Numbered from the stretch's first letter, positions 7,335 to 19,847 are shown. The stretch: 32,000 bases of DNA from Vibrio vulnificus CMCP6 (GCF_000039765.1 NC_004459.3:2391127-2423126), one strand, 5' to 3'. Numbers and translations: made by a program. Notes: a model not told the origin generated them from the sequence alone.

Positions 7335-9704
7335 ATGAACCATCTTCAGCAGTCAACCAATGAACGCACTTCACTGCTCGCGTTCTCAACGCGGTTCAGT
7401 TTTTGGACCCTTATCATCAGCCTGATTGCCATTGTCGCGACTGCGATGGGGGCAAAAAATCTCTATTTTCGTGGGGATTACAATATCTTTTTTGATGGCA
7501 GTAATGCTCAACTACAAGCCTTTGATGAGATTCAAACCACCTTCGCGAAAACCGACAACATCGCGTTAGTCTTAGCGCCTAAAAGTGGCGATGTGTTTGA
7601 CCAGCGCACACTGACTCAAATCCAAGAAATGACGGAACAAGCGTGGCAAGTCCCTTATTCAAGCCGTGTCGACTCGCTTGCCAACTACCAACATACCGAA
7701 GCGGTAGACGATGATCTGCTGGTGGAAGATCTTCTTTATCAATCGTATCCACTTACCGCAGAACGCATTGCCAAGGTTCGCACGATTGCGATGTCAGAAC
7801 CGCTACTGGTGAACGCTTTGGTCTCCGAAAAAGGCGATGTTGCGGTTATCAATATTACCATGCAAATGCCGGGGGTGGATGAAACCGCTGAAGTAAATGA
7901 AGTGGTCGCGTACGTTGAACAAATGCTCAGCCATTATCGCGCACAGTATCCTGATGTCACCATCTACAAGGCGGGTATCATCGCAATGAACCATTCGTTT
8001 GCGATGGCGGCGCAAAACGACAGCGCGACGTTAGTTCCGACAATGTTGTTGGTGATTTTGGTTTTTCTCACCCTCATGCTGCGTTCGTTTCTCAGTGTTT
8101 TGGCGACGTTAGTGGTGATTATTGGCGCCATTGTTGCGACCTTAGGCATTGTCGGCTGGGCTGGAATGTTTTTGCATGTTGCCTCTGTGAATGTGCCGAC
8201 ACTGATCATGACATTAGCGGTCGCAGACTGTGTTCATGTCATTGCCAGCATGCGCCATTTTATGCGCCAGGGTATGCCGAAATCACAAGCGATTCACCGT
8301 AGTGTGACGCTCAATTTTGTGCCTATCATCATCACTTCAGTAACCACCGCGATTGGCTTCTTGATGATGAACATGTCTGATTCTCCCGTGCTACGAGACT
8401 TTGGTAATTTGTCTGCGCTAGGGGTGATGATCGCATGTGTGTTGTCCGTGAGTTTACTGCCCGCCTTGCTTAACCTGCTGCCAGTGCGTTTTAGTGCCAA
8501 ACAAGCGGCAAAATCGTCGGATATTATGGATAAGTTAGCGGATCTTGTGGTGCACAGACGCAACGTTTTATTGCCACTTTCCATCGTGGTGATTGCAGGC
8601 AGTGCCGCTTTGATTCCTTACAACAAAGTCAACGACGAATCGGTCAAGTATTTCGATACCAGTAGTGAATTTCGACAAGCGGCCGATTTTATGGAGCAAC
8701 GAATTAGTGGCATGACCACGATGAGCATTGCCATTAAAACGCATCAATCACAAGGGATTGCCAGTCCGGAATTCTTAGCGGTTTTGGGGGAGTTCACCCA
8801 CTGGCTACGCGAGCAGCCTGAAACGGACCACGTAGCATCGTTGTCGGACATCTATAAGCGCTTAAACAAAAACATGCACGGTGATGATAATGCCTATTAC
8901 GCATTGCCAGCAGAGCGTGAGTTGGCCGCGCAGTACTTGCTTCTCTACGAAATGTCATTGCCATTTGGCTTAGATCTGAATAACCAAGTCAATGTCGACA
9001 AGTCTTCCGTCAAACTGCAATTGACTGTGAAAAACTTAGGCAGCGTCGAGTTGGTGGCCTTGGAAGAGCGCATCTATCAATGGTTTGCCAGCCATGCGCC
9101 GCAATATCAAGTGGTGGCATCAAGCCCATCGCTGATGTTTGCTCATATCGGTGAAACGAACATGGCCAGCATGCTTTCTACCTTGCCGATTACCTTAATC
9201 CTCATCTCTGCATTGATGATTTTTGCTCTGCGCTCTTGGCGACTTGGCATGATCAGTTTGGTTCCGAATATTGCCCCAGCGGTGATTGGTTTTGGTCTTT
9301 GGGCTTTGATCTCCGGTGAAATCAACTTAGGTCTCTCGGTTGTGGTGACCCTGACGCTTGGCATAGTTGTCGATGATGCAGTCCACTTCCTTGCCAAGTA
9401 TCAGCACGCACGCAAAGCAGGGCAAAACGCAGAGCAGGCAGTGCGATATGCCTTTCATACTGTCGGGCGTGCTTTGTGGATCACCACCGTCGTGTTAGTG
9501 GCTGGGTTTTCGGTGTTGGCGATGTCACAGTTCCGCCTCAACTCAGACATGGGGCAGTTAAGCGCCATCGTTATCTTCGTCGCCTTGGTGATCGACTTCG
9601 TTCTATTGCCATCGTTACTGATGCGATTTGATACAGCGGAATATGCCCAACCGGACACCTCTCAAGAGCCGAACACAACACCTATTCAACCGAATCAAGC
9701 GTAA
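7335..9704 (+). CDS. RND-superfamily / MMPL-type inner-membrane exporter (COG1033-like)
   Basis: The ORF track starts at 7323. The ATG at 7335 is preceded by GGAGAG at 7326-7330, so I prefer it as the start. Duplicated architecture: one TM, a large soluble loop, then a cluster of about five TMs, repeated twice. Confidence 0.85.
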   Translation: MNHLQQSTNERTSLLAFSTRFSFWTLIISLIAIVATAMGAKNLYFRGDYNIFFDGSNAQLQAFDEIQTTFAKTDNIALVLAPKSGDVFDQRTLTQIQEMTEQAWQVPYSSRVDSLANYQHTEAVDDDLLVEDLLYQSYPLTAERIAKVRTIAMSEPLLVNALVSEKGDVAVINITMQMPGVDETAEVNEVVAYVEQMLSHYRAQYPDVTIYKAGIIAMNHSFAMAAQNDSATLVPTMLLVILVFLTLMLRSFLSVLATLVVIIGAIVATLGIVGWAGMFLHVASVNVPTLIMTLAVADCVHVIASMRHFMRQGMPKSQAIHRSVTLNFVPIIITSVTTAIGFLMMNMSDSPVLRDFGNLSALGVMIACVLSVSLLPALLNLLPVRFSAKQAAKSSDIMDKLADLVVHRRNVLLPLSIVVIAGSAALIPYNKVNDESVKYFDTSSEFRQAADFMEQRISGMTTMSIAIKTHQSQGIASPEFLAVLGEFTHWLREQPETDHVASLSDIYKRLNKNMHGDDNAYYALPAERELAAQYLLLYEMSLPFGLDLNNQVNVDKSSVKLQLTVKNLGSVELVALEERIYQWFASHAPQYQVVASSPSLMFAHIGETNMASMLSTLPITLILISALMIFALRSWRLGMISLVPNIAPAVIGFGLWALISGEINLGLSVVVTLTLGIVVDDAVHFLAKYQHARKAGQNAEQAVRYAFHTVGRALWITTVVLVAGFSVLAMSQFRLNSDMGQLSAIVIFVALVIDFVLLPSLLMRFDTAEYAQPDTSQEPNTTPIQPNQA

Positions 9705-9717
9705 TAAGGACATCAAG

Positions 9718-10536
9718 ATGAAAAGACTCAGCATACAAAAACTCAATACGATGGCGATTGTGGCGGCTTTGTTTACTGCACTATCTGCTGCACTGGGAGT
9801 CACGCCAGCAATGGCCAATGATCAAGCCAAAGGACTAGAAATCGCCAAGGAGCGCAAGCAGCGTGACCTTGGTTGGGGGGACTCGGTCGCGACCATGGAA
9901 ATGCTCCTCAAAAATGCACAAGGCGAAAGTAGCCTTCGTTTGATGCGTTTGAAGTCGCTGGAGGTCGAAGCCGATGGTGACAAAGGGCTTACCATTTTCG
10001 ATGAGCCAAGAGACGTTCAAGGTACGGCGTTTCTCAACCATTCGCACATCAGCGATGCGGACGATCAGTGGCTTTATTTACCTGCGCTTAAACGGGTGAA
10101 ACGCATTTCGTCACGCAATAAATCCGGCCCTTTTATGGGCAGTGAGTTTGCCTATGAAGATCTCAGCTCGTTCGAGCTGGAAAAATACCGTTTTGCTTAT
10201 TTGGGTGATGAATCGATAGATGGAGAAAACGCATTTGTTATCGAACAAGTGCCAACGGATGAAAACTCGGGCTATACGCGCCAACTGGTTTGGCTGGATC
10301 AGCAACATTATCGTCCTTTGAAGATGGAGTTTTATGATCGCAAAAATGCGTTACTCAAAACCCTCGTATTTAATGAGTACCAGCAATACCTCAATCAATA
10401 CTGGCGAGCCCATAAGATGACGATGGTGAATCATCAAACGGGCAAGAGTACAGAACTGACGACCAATGCAATGGCGTTTCGAACAGGCTTAACGGAAAGC
10501 GATTTCGAGCAAAACGTGCTGAAACGCATCAAGTAA
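9718..10536 (+). CDS. Periplasmic LolA-like protein (outer-membrane lipoprotein-sorting protein family)
   Basis: The ORF track start at 9628 overlaps the exporter gene. The ATG at 9718 has AAGGA 8 nt upstream and gives signal peptide MKRLSIQKLNTMAIVAALFTALSAALGVTPAMA-ND. The mature part resembles LolA-like proteins usually encoded next to MMPL exporters; this is recalled family similarity, not a search result. Confidence 0.75.
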   Translation: MKRLSIQKLNTMAIVAALFTALSAALGVTPAMANDQAKGLEIAKERKQRDLGWGDSVATMEMLLKNAQGESSLRLMRLKSLEVEADGDKGLTIFDEPRDVQGTAFLNHSHISDADDQWLYLPALKRVKRISSRNKSGPFMGSEFAYEDLSSFELEKYRFAYLGDESIDGENAFVIEQVPTDENSGYTRQLVWLDQQHYRPLKMEFYDRKNALLKTLVFNEYQQYLNQYWRAHKMTMVNHQTGKSTELTTNAMAFRTGLTESDFEQNVLKRIK

Positions 10537-10548
10537 TGGGATCGATAC

Positions 10549-11733
10549 ATGAAGAAAACCATCGTTAAGGGAGGCCAGTTGCTGGCCTCAACGCTGCTTG
10601 TCACCGCAGCGTTACCGTGTTTTGGCATTGAGCTTTCGGGCAGCGCAAGTCTTGAACATAGGCAGTTCTTTTCATCAGGGCTACAAGGTCAAGACAGAGG
10701 CCAAAGTTCCTTGGTATTCGAGCCTGAATTTTATTGGCAGCAAAGTGAGGGTAATGGCCGTTTTACTTTTATCCCGTTTTATCGTTGGGATGCGGTGGAT
10801 GAAGAGCGCTCTCATGGCGATATACGCGAAGCACTCTACCTCAATTATTGGGGAGATTACGAGTTGCGAGCGGGCATCGGCAAAGTGTTTTGGGGGGTAA
10901 CGGAATCGGCGCATTTAGTGGATGTGATTAACCAGACCGATGCGGTTGAATCGGTGGATGGTGAAGCCAAACTAGGACAGCCGATGGTGCATGTGACGGT
11001 CGTAAAAGAGTGGGGAACAACAGATTGGTTTGTGCTGCCGTATTTTCGTGAGCGAACGTTTTCAGGCGAAGAGGGCAGGTTAAGGCCTAATCCGCCCATT
11101 TCTCAAGATGCGTTATATCAATCTTCGCAAGCGGAGAAACACACCGATTTTGCCTTTCGATATAGCAAAATGCTTGGAGATTGGGATGTCGGAGTCAGCT
11201 ATTTTAAAGGCACCAATCGTGATCCCTACTATCGTTTGGATGGGGGAGAGATAAAACCGTACTACGCACAAATGTCTCAAGTTGGCATTGATATCCAGGG
11301 TATTGTCGGCGATTGGCTGTGGAAGCTTGAGAGCATTTACCGAGACAGTGACGATCACCACACCGGTGTTGTGACCGGTTTTGAATACACATGGGTAGGC
11401 GTGTTGGACTCCGTCGTTGATATCGGCTTTATTGCGGAATACTTGTATGACAGCCGAGGAAACAATGCTCAGACGATAGGGCAAAATGACGCTTTTGCAG
11501 GGCTACGTTTTGCCTTTAATGATGAGGATGGCACCGAACTCTTAATGGGTATAACTCAAGATCTTGATAATAGTGACGTATACAACGCCAAGCTCGAAGC
11601 GAGTAGCCGAGTTAACAATCAGCTCAAGTGGCGTATCGATGCATGGCTGTTTGAAAATGAAACCCCGAATGACCTGCTATACTTTGGTCGTAAAGATGAC
11701 TTTATTGAACTTGGCCTAGATTATTATTTCTAA
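10549..11733 (+). CDS. Predicted outer-membrane beta-barrel (porin-like) protein
   Basis: 394 aa. Signal-like N-terminus MKKTIVKGGQLLASTLLVTAALPCFG. Strand-like alternating pattern throughout. Terminal beta-signal-like LGLDYYF. It starts 13 nt after the LolA-like gene. Confidence 0.75.
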   Translation: MKKTIVKGGQLLASTLLVTAALPCFGIELSGSASLEHRQFFSSGLQGQDRGQSSLVFEPEFYWQQSEGNGRFTFIPFYRWDAVDEERSHGDIREALYLNYWGDYELRAGIGKVFWGVTESAHLVDVINQTDAVESVDGEAKLGQPMVHVTVVKEWGTTDWFVLPYFRERTFSGEEGRLRPNPPISQDALYQSSQAEKHTDFAFRYSKMLGDWDVGVSYFKGTNRDPYYRLDGGEIKPYYAQMSQVGIDIQGIVGDWLWKLESIYRDSDDHHTGVVTGFEYTWVGVLDSVVDIGFIAEYLYDSRGNNAQTIGQNDAFAGLRFAFNDEDGTELLMGITQDLDNSDVYNAKLEASSRVNNQLKWRIDAWLFENETPNDLLYFGRKDDFIELGLDYYF

Positions 11734-11915
11734 AGATAACTATCTGATTTTATTAATTAGATTTCCCTTATCTATTGAGGTGGGCTATTGATTTGAGTTT
11801 TGTGATATCGGTTCAAATTAGATCTACCTCATTTTTTCAACATTTCTATAAAGCTCTTTCGCTGTATTCACTATAAAATCCCTTAAAAATGAGTGGATTT
11901 AGAGTGTTCGGTTAG

Positions 11916-13058
<1,143 letters not shown>

Positions 13059-13114
13059 TCCGTAGCACGCTCAACTCGCGTCTGGGCCATCTTGGTTCAG
13101 GCGCAAATGGCTCG

Positions 13115-13159
13115 GATGCTAATTGTTTAGATGCTAACTGTTTAGATGCTAATGGTTCA
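13115..13159. repeat. 15-bp tandem repeat, three copies
   Basis: GATGCTAATTGTTTA / GATGCTAACTGTTTA / GATGCTAATGGTTCA, in the non-coding gap between the cyclase gene and pheS. Confidence 0.8.
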
Positions 13160-13275
13160 GACACGAACTTGCGCTTATCTTCTCGTTCATTTCGCCTCTT
13201 TTTCAGCCAAATGCCATTAATCGAATCTCCGGGATTTTGTCCTCTTTTGATATTTGGCGTCTTTTTACTCAATAA

Positions 13276-14376
<1,101 letters not shown>

Positions 14377-14394
14377 TCCAGAGGTTTAAGCACA

Positions 14395-16782
14395 ATGAAA
14401 TTCAGCGAATCTTGGCTTCGTGAGTGGGTAAACCCTGCGGTTACTACTGACGAGCTTACTCACCAAATCACTATGGCTGGTCTAGAGGTAGACGATGTTC
14501 TTCCTGTGGCGGGCACTTTTAACGGTGTTAAAGTTGGTCACGTTGTGGAATGTGGTCAACATCCAGATGCAGACAAACTACGTGTCACCAAAGTCGATGT
14601 TGGTGAAGAAGAGCTTTTGGACATCGTTTGTGGTGCAGCGAACTGTCGTCAAGGCCTGAAAGTGGCTGTGGCAACCGTGGGTGCTGTGCTACCAGGTGAT
14701 TTCAAAATTAAGAAAGCGAAACTACGTGGTCAGCCTTCACACGGCATGCTTTGTTCATTCACAGAGCTAGGCATCGATGTGGAATCGGATGGTATCATGG
14801 AACTGGCTATCGACGCACCAATCGGTATGGACTTCCGTGATTTCCTAGCACTGAATGATGTGACCGTAGACGTTGATTTGACGTCTAACCGTGCTGACTG
14901 TTTCAGCATTCGCGGTATGGCGCGTGAAGTGGGTGTACTCAACCGTGCTGACGTCACTGAGCCTTCTGTTGCTCCTGTTGCGCCTTCTATTGATGACACC
15001 GTTGCGATTGAAGTGAAAGCGCCAGCCGCGTGTCCACGTTACCTTGGTCGCGTGGTGAAGAACGTTAACGTTCAAGCGAAAACACCGCTATGGATGCAAG
15101 AAAAACTGCGTCGCTGTGGCATTCGTTCAATCGATCCAGTGGTTGATATCACAAACTTTGTTCTTCTAGAACAAGGCCAGCCAATGCACGCCTTCGATCT
15201 AGCGAAGATCGACGGTGGTATCGTGGTTCGTTTGGCAGAGCAGGGCGAGAAAATCACCCTTCTTGATGGCAGCGAAGCAGAATTGAATGCCGATACATTG
15301 GTGGTTGCAGACCACAACAAAGCACTGGCGATCGCGGGTATCTTTGGTGGTGAAGAGTCTGGTGTAACCTCTGAAACCAAAGATGTGCTACTTGAGTGTG
15401 CTTTCTTTGCACCTGACCACATTCGTGGCCGCGCTCGTAGCTACGGTCTACATACGGATTCTTCAATGCGTTTCGAGCGTGGTGTGGATTACGCACTGCA
15501 AGTGAGCGCAATGGAGCGTGCAACCGCACTGCTTGTTGAAATCTGTGGTGGTGAAGTTGCGCCTGTTGTGGCGGTAGAATCTGAAGCGGAATTACCTAAG
15601 CCAAACAAAGTCGCACTGCGCCGCACGAAACTGGATAACCTCCTAGGCCATCACATTGCAGACAGCGACGTGGTTGAGATCCTAGAGCGTCTGGGTATGA
15701 CGGTAGAAACGACCGCAGAAGGTTGGGTTGCTGTGGCACCAACATGGCGTTTCGATATCGCGATTGAGCAGGATTTGGTGGAAGAAGTTGGCCGTATTTA
15801 CGGTTACGACAACATTCCAAACCAAAACCCAGCAGCCGCACTGAAAATGCACGATCACCAAGAGGCGAACATCCCTCTTAAACGTGTTCGCGATCTGCTT
15901 GTTGACCGTGGTTACCACGAAGCGATCACTTACAGCTTTGTTGAACCTGAACAACAGAAATTGGTTGTTCCAGGTGTTGATGCGCTGATCCTGCCAAACC
16001 CAATTTCTGCAGAAATGTCAGCAATGCGTCTTGGCTTGATTCAAGGTTTGCTAAACACTGTGGTTCATAACCAGAAGCGTCAGCAACCACGTGTTCGTCT
16101 ATTTGAATACGGCTTGCGTTTCATCCCATGTGACACGGCTGAAAACGGCATGCGCCAAGAGCCAATGCTGGCTGGTGTTATCGCAGGTACTCGCAGTGAA
16201 GAACATTGGAACATCGATACCAACACGGTTGATTTCTTTGATCTTAAAGGCGATGTGGAAGCGATTCTTGAGCTTTCTGCAAACGACAAAGCATACAGCT
16301 TCGTTGCAGCAAAACATCCAGCACTTCACCCAGGTCAGTCAGCGGCTATTGTTGTTGATGGTAAAGAAATCGGTGTGATTGGTACGGTTCACCCTGAGCT
16401 AGAACGCAAGTTTGGTCTAAATGGTCGCACAATTGTGTTTGAGATCGAATGGTCTGCAATCAATCGTAAAGTGATCCCTGAAGCGGTGGCATTGTCTAAG
16501 TTCCCTGCAAACCGTCGTGATATCGCGGTTGTTGTTGATGAAGCGGTTGCTTCTGGTGACATCGTTAACGCGTGTCTAGAAGTGGGCGGCGAGTTCCTTA
16601 AAGCGGCAAAACTGTTTGACGTTTACGTAGGTAAAGGCGTTGAAGAAGGCAAGAAGAGCCTTGCAATCGCTTTGACTCTACAGTCTAACGAGCGCACGTT
16701 GGAAGATGCCGATATCGCAGGCGCGGTAGATGCCATCGTGACACATGTGTCTGAGAAGTTTGGCGCGTCACTGCGCGACTAA
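14395..16782 (+). CDS. pheT: Phenylalanine--tRNA ligase beta subunit
   Basis: 795 aa. Typical N-terminus [14 protein letters not shown]. tRNA-binding, B3/4, B5 and FDX-ACB domain order. It starts 18 nt after pheS. Confidence 0.98.
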   Translation: MKFSESWLREWVNPAVTTDELTHQITMAGLEVDDVLPVAGTFNGVKVGHVVECGQHPDADKLRVTKVDVGEEELLDIVCGAANCRQGLKVAVATVGAVLPGDFKIKKAKLRGQPSHGMLCSFTELGIDVESDGIMELAIDAPIGMDFRDFLALNDVTVDVDLTSNRADCFSIRGMAREVGVLNRADVTEPSVAPVAPSIDDTVAIEVKAPAACPRYLGRVVKNVNVQAKTPLWMQEKLRRCGIRSIDPVVDITNFVLLEQGQPMHAFDLAKIDGGIVVRLAEQGEKITLLDGSEAELNADTLVVADHNKALAIAGIFGGEESGVTSETKDVLLECAFFAPDHIRGRARSYGLHTDSSMRFERGVDYALQVSAMERATALLVEICGGEVAPVVAVESEAELPKPNKVALRRTKLDNLLGHHIADSDVVEILERLGMTVETTAEGWVAVAPTWRFDIAIEQDLVEEVGRIYGYDNIPNQNPAAALKMHDHQEANIPLKRVRDLLVDRGYHEAITYSFVEPEQQKLVVPGVDALILPNPISAEMSAMRLGLIQGLLNTVVHNQKRQQPRVRLFEYGLRFIPCDTAENGMRQEPMLAGVIAGTRSEEHWNIDTNTVDFFDLKGDVEAILELSANDKAYSFVAAKHPALHPGQSAAIVVDGKEIGVIGTVHPELERKFGLNGRTIVFEIEWSAINRKVIPEAVALSKFPANRRDIAVVVDEAVASGDIVNACLEVGGEFLKAAKLFDVYVGKGVEEGKKSLAIALTLQSNERTLEDADIAGAVDAIVTHVSEKFGASLRD

Positions 16783-16797
16783 TCTCAAACATAGAAG

Positions 16798-16829
16798 ACA
16801 AAAAACCTGCCAGTTGGCAGGTTTTTTTG
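16798..16829. terminator. Bidirectional rho-independent terminator (pheT / pncB)
   Basis: AAAAAACCTGCC-AGTT-GGCAGGTTTTTTT, an A-run and a T-run flanking a 7-bp GC-rich stem, between convergent genes. Confidence 0.85.
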
Positions 16830-16884
16830 TGTCTGTCGTTAATCGCCACGAAAGGCGCCATGAGAGGACAGGGGCTAATTTGTT

Positions 16885-18198
16885 TTAAGCGACGCTTTGA
16901 ATGCGCTTTTTCTGCTGACGTTTCATCTGCTTTAGCGTTTCGATCGCTTTATCAAGGTCCACTTCTAAGCCAAAGCGTTGCTTGAGGTTCATCAAGAAAA
17001 AGATGTCTTCACACATGGCTTTCTCTGGCTCGTCGCTGATTTTTGCCACTGGGGAGCCATTACATTCCGCCATCTTGACCACCATTGATATCGGTTGGTA
17101 ACGGGTGCCTTTGTCATTGGTCCAATTCCCCATATCATTGGCGAGGAAAGTGCCAATGCCAAAACTTATCTGTGCGCGTCCGGCGAAATACTCGCAAATA
17201 TCAAGCGCACGCGCAAAATCCAGTCCATCGGTAAAAATCAAGGTTTTAGTGGTTGGATCGATGCCTAGACTTTCGTAATGGGCAATGATTTTATCTCCCC
17301 AAACAAATGGACTGCCGGAATCGTGTCTCACGCCTGCATAGGCAGTGGCTTTGTCTAGGTCAAAATCGCTAAGAAACGCATCAATACCGATGGTGTCGGT
17401 TAGAGCGATACCAAGACTACCATTAAACGCCTCAAGCCATTTGTCTAATGCGACACGCTGAGAGTGTTGAATAGCGACAAGCGCTTGATGTGCCATGGTC
17501 CATTCATGTGCGACCGTGCCAATTGGCGTTAAATTGAACTCTTGAGCAAGGTGATAATTACTGGTGCCTAAGAGCAGTTCTGGCACTCGTGCACGCAATA
17601 CGTCAAGCATCGTTTTTTGCGCAGCAAAGCTAAATCGGCGTCGTGTCCCCATCTCAGAGAAACGGAAATTAGTAATATTACGGCGTTTAAGTTCCGAATC
17701 TAAAAAGTCCAGTTTGTCCTCTAATACTTTGTGCAGTTGAGACTGGGGTATTTGTGCCCAATAACGACGATTGCGCAGCTCTGAGATAATACTCATCACT
17801 AAGGTTTCATAGAGAATGGTTTCGTGCCAAATGCCATTTATGGTGACTCTGAGCTGGCAGTCGCCCTGTGCGGTGCGGAAAATACCGACAGAGACTTGTT
17901 GCTGAGGGTGGAAGCGGAAGGTTTCTAAATAGGAGAGAAACTCTGCCGTTAAATAGGGCGCTTTCTCTGCCAAGTAAGCCAACTGGGCAGCATCAAAGCG
18001 AAGCTCTGCGAGGCGGTTGATTTCCTCACGAACCTCTTCCACTAAATCAGACAAGTTATCATCAGAGCGAACGATCAGTTCGTAGCGCACTTGTGTTTGA
18101 GGATAAAATCGATACGCGGCTTGCATCATATTGATTTTATACACATCTAAATCAAGAACACTTTGAATAATGGCTGGTTGAAAAAGTGGCGCGCACAT
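16885..18198 (-). CDS. pncB: Nicotinate phosphoribosyltransferase
   Basis: 437 aa. Collinear with E. coli PncB as I recall it: LDLDVYKINMMQA, FSEMGTRRRFS, GTSNYHLA, GTVAHEW, GIALTDT, GVRHDSGSP, LIFTDGLD, ISFGIGT, KMAECNGSPVAKISD. Confidence 0.95.
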   Translation of the reverse strand: MCAPLFQPAIIQSVLDLDVYKINMMQAAYRFYPQTQVRYELIVRSDDNLSDLVEEVREEINRLAELRFDAAQLAYLAEKAPYLTAEFLSYLETFRFHPQQQVSVGIFRTAQGDCQLRVTINGIWHETILYETLVMSIISELRNRRYWAQIPQSQLHKVLEDKLDFLDSELKRRNITNFRFSEMGTRRRFSFAAQKTMLDVLRARVPELLLGTSNYHLAQEFNLTPIGTVAHEWTMAHQALVAIQHSQRVALDKWLEAFNGSLGIALTDTIGIDAFLSDFDLDKATAYAGVRHDSGSPFVWGDKIIAHYESLGIDPTTKTLIFTDGLDFARALDICEYFAGRAQISFGIGTFLANDMGNWTNDKGTRYQPISMVVKMAECNGSPVAKISDEPEKAMCEDIFFLMNLKQRFGLEVDLDKAIETLKQMKRQQKKRIQSVA

Positions 18199-18476
18199 GT
18201 GTCTGTTTTCACCCTGTTTAGGTTAAGAACATTTTGTTCGTTAATGTGCTGAACTCTAAATGAGAGAGTATGGTTTGTCAATTTTTGTTACTAACATCCA
18301 ATGCTCTGGCGAGGGATGTGCCGGGCTAATTTGATTCTTATGTTTGACGGATGAGGCGTGCCTGGAATTGAATGATTAGGTATAAATCAAAGTTAGGAAC
18401 AAAAGTGTACTTTCCTATTGACCCTATAGGATCGTCTCAGTATTGTAGTGCCAGTTTGATATTTAAGAGTTGCCGT

Positions 18477-19190
18477 ATGATTGTTACGATTGACATGATT
18501 TGCCTGAAGCTAGGTGAGAAAGGGCTGGAAGTTCTGCTGATTAAGCGCACCAATCCTGAGAGACCACAGCATGGCATGTGGTCTATTCCGGGAGGATTTG
18601 TGTTTGAACACGATTTATCCCAAGAGGGAGGACAACCCGCTGACGCTGATTTTGATTCTGCGCGACGTCGTATCTGTCGGCAAAAAATTCATACCTATCC
18701 TCACTACATCAGTGAGCCGATGGTGGATGGTAACCCAAAACGCGATCCTCATGGTTGGAGCGTGACCATCGCCCACTATGCACTACTTAATCAAACCAAT
18801 ATCGAACAAATTCAAAACTGTGGTTTGTGTGATCAACAATTGGCTTGGTTCGCGCTTGAGTCGGTGCTGCAAGGGGAAGTTGCGTTGGCCTTTGACCATG
18901 CCGATTTAATTCGCCTCGCATGGACCAAGTTGCGTGCCGCGATCGAATACACATCGGTGGTCTTGTTTGCACTCGAAAAAGAGTTTCTCGTTTCTGACAT
19001 CATTCACGCCTACGCCAAGTTTGGTGTGGATGTGAACCGCATGACGATCAAGCGACGTTTGATCGACACCGGTGTGATCGTGAGCGCGAATAAAATTGCC
19101 TCGACCAACAAAGGGAAGGGAGGCAAACCCGCTCAGGTCTATAGCTTAGCGGATAAACACGTAACCTATTTTCAAACTTGCTTGCGTTAA
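18477..19190 (+). CDS. nrtR: NrtR-family regulator (Nudix-like domain plus C-terminal winged HTH)
   Basis: The ORF track starts at 18372. The internal ATG at 18477 (MIVTIDMICLKLGEKGLEVLLIKR) matches the usual Nudix-fold N-terminus and has AAGAG upstream. Nudix-like GMWSIPGGFVFEH. The C-terminal part is typical of NrtR DNA-binding domains. It is divergent from pncB and is followed 13 nt later by pncA. Confidence 0.75.
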   Translation: MIVTIDMICLKLGEKGLEVLLIKRTNPERPQHGMWSIPGGFVFEHDLSQEGGQPADADFDSARRRICRQKIHTYPHYISEPMVDGNPKRDPHGWSVTIAHYALLNQTNIEQIQNCGLCDQQLAWFALESVLQGEVALAFDHADLIRLAWTKLRAAIEYTSVVLFALEKEFLVSDIIHAYAKFGVDVNRMTIKRRLIDTGVIVSANKIASTNKGKGGKPAQVYSLADKHVTYFQTCLR

Positions 19191-19202
19191 AGGGAGTTAA
19201 AC

Positions 19203-19847
19203 ATGGTAGATATCTTTAAAAATCGCACAGCGTCGTTAGACGTGGATCCGCAACAAGGGTTTAGTGAGTTATGCCCCAATGAACTTCCTGTCTCCGGTGC
19301 GTTAGAGATTGTTGAAGCGTTAAAGCAGAATCATACAAAAGCAAAGCTGAAGTTAGTGTCGCGCGATATGCATCCTCCGGGAGCTGCGTGGGAAGCTGAA
19401 ACGCCTGCAAACATGTTAGAGCCGGTTGGCCTTCCGGAAGTGGATATTAAATGGAATCCACATTGTATTGTCGGTACGCAAGGTGTCGAATTGCTTCCGG
19501 GCTTACCCGCTATTCGAGAGTACGATTTCCAAATGAACAAAGGTATTGATCCCGATGCCCACCCATACGGGGCGTTTTATCATGACCAAGCCGATACGCT
19601 ATCGACAGGGGGAATTGAGTTCCTTCGTGCCCACAGAATAGATACTGTGCTTGTGGGTGGATTGGCGTTGGACTTTTGCGTGAAAAAATCCATTGAACAG
19701 CTTGTCGCCGCAGACTTTAAGGTGATTCTAAATTTGGCGTCAACTCGCGCAGTGTTTCCAGAAAATAACCCTCAGGTGGTGAGCCACCTGACGGCGCTTG
19801 GCGTCATCTGCATCGACGATGTGAATCAACTACAACTGCACGAGTGA
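19203..19847 (+). CDS. pncA: Nicotinamidase (isochorismatase-fold)
   Basis: 214 aa. Collinear with PncA: LDVDPQQGF (catalytic Asp), DMHP, WNPHCIVGTQG, NKG (Lys), GGLALDFCV (catalytic Cys). Confidence 0.85.
   Translation: MVDIFKNRTASLDVDPQQGFSELCPNELPVSGALEIVEALKQNHTKAKLKLVSRDMHPPGAAWEAETPANMLEPVGLPEVDIKWNPHCIVGTQGVELLPGLPAIREYDFQMNKGIDPDAHPYGAFYHDQADTLSTGGIEFLRAHRIDTVLVGGLALDFCVKKSIEQLVAADFKVILNLASTRAVFPENNPQVVSHLTALGVICIDDVNQLQLHE

Noticed and set aside
9628-9717. The extended start of the LolA-like ORF given by the ORF track (302 aa), overlapping the exporter gene by 77 nt.
   Set aside because: The extension has no signal peptide or SD. The internal ATG at 9718 has AAGGA upstream and yields a canonical signal peptide immediately.
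14730-16378. Multiple 60-116 aa ORFs on both strands inside pheT. Similar ORFs lie inside pheS, the exporter, the protease, ydiJ and purT.
   Set aside because: They are embedded in, or antisense to, strongly supported long genes. They have no SD or motif support and are typical shadow ORFs.
18372-18476. The upstream 35-codon extension of the nrtR ORF.
   Set aside because: The extension (MIRYKSKLGTKVYFPIDPIG...) does not resemble a Nudix-fold N-terminus and covers the candidate operator region. The ATG at 18477 has an SD-like AAGAG and gives the expected start of the fold.
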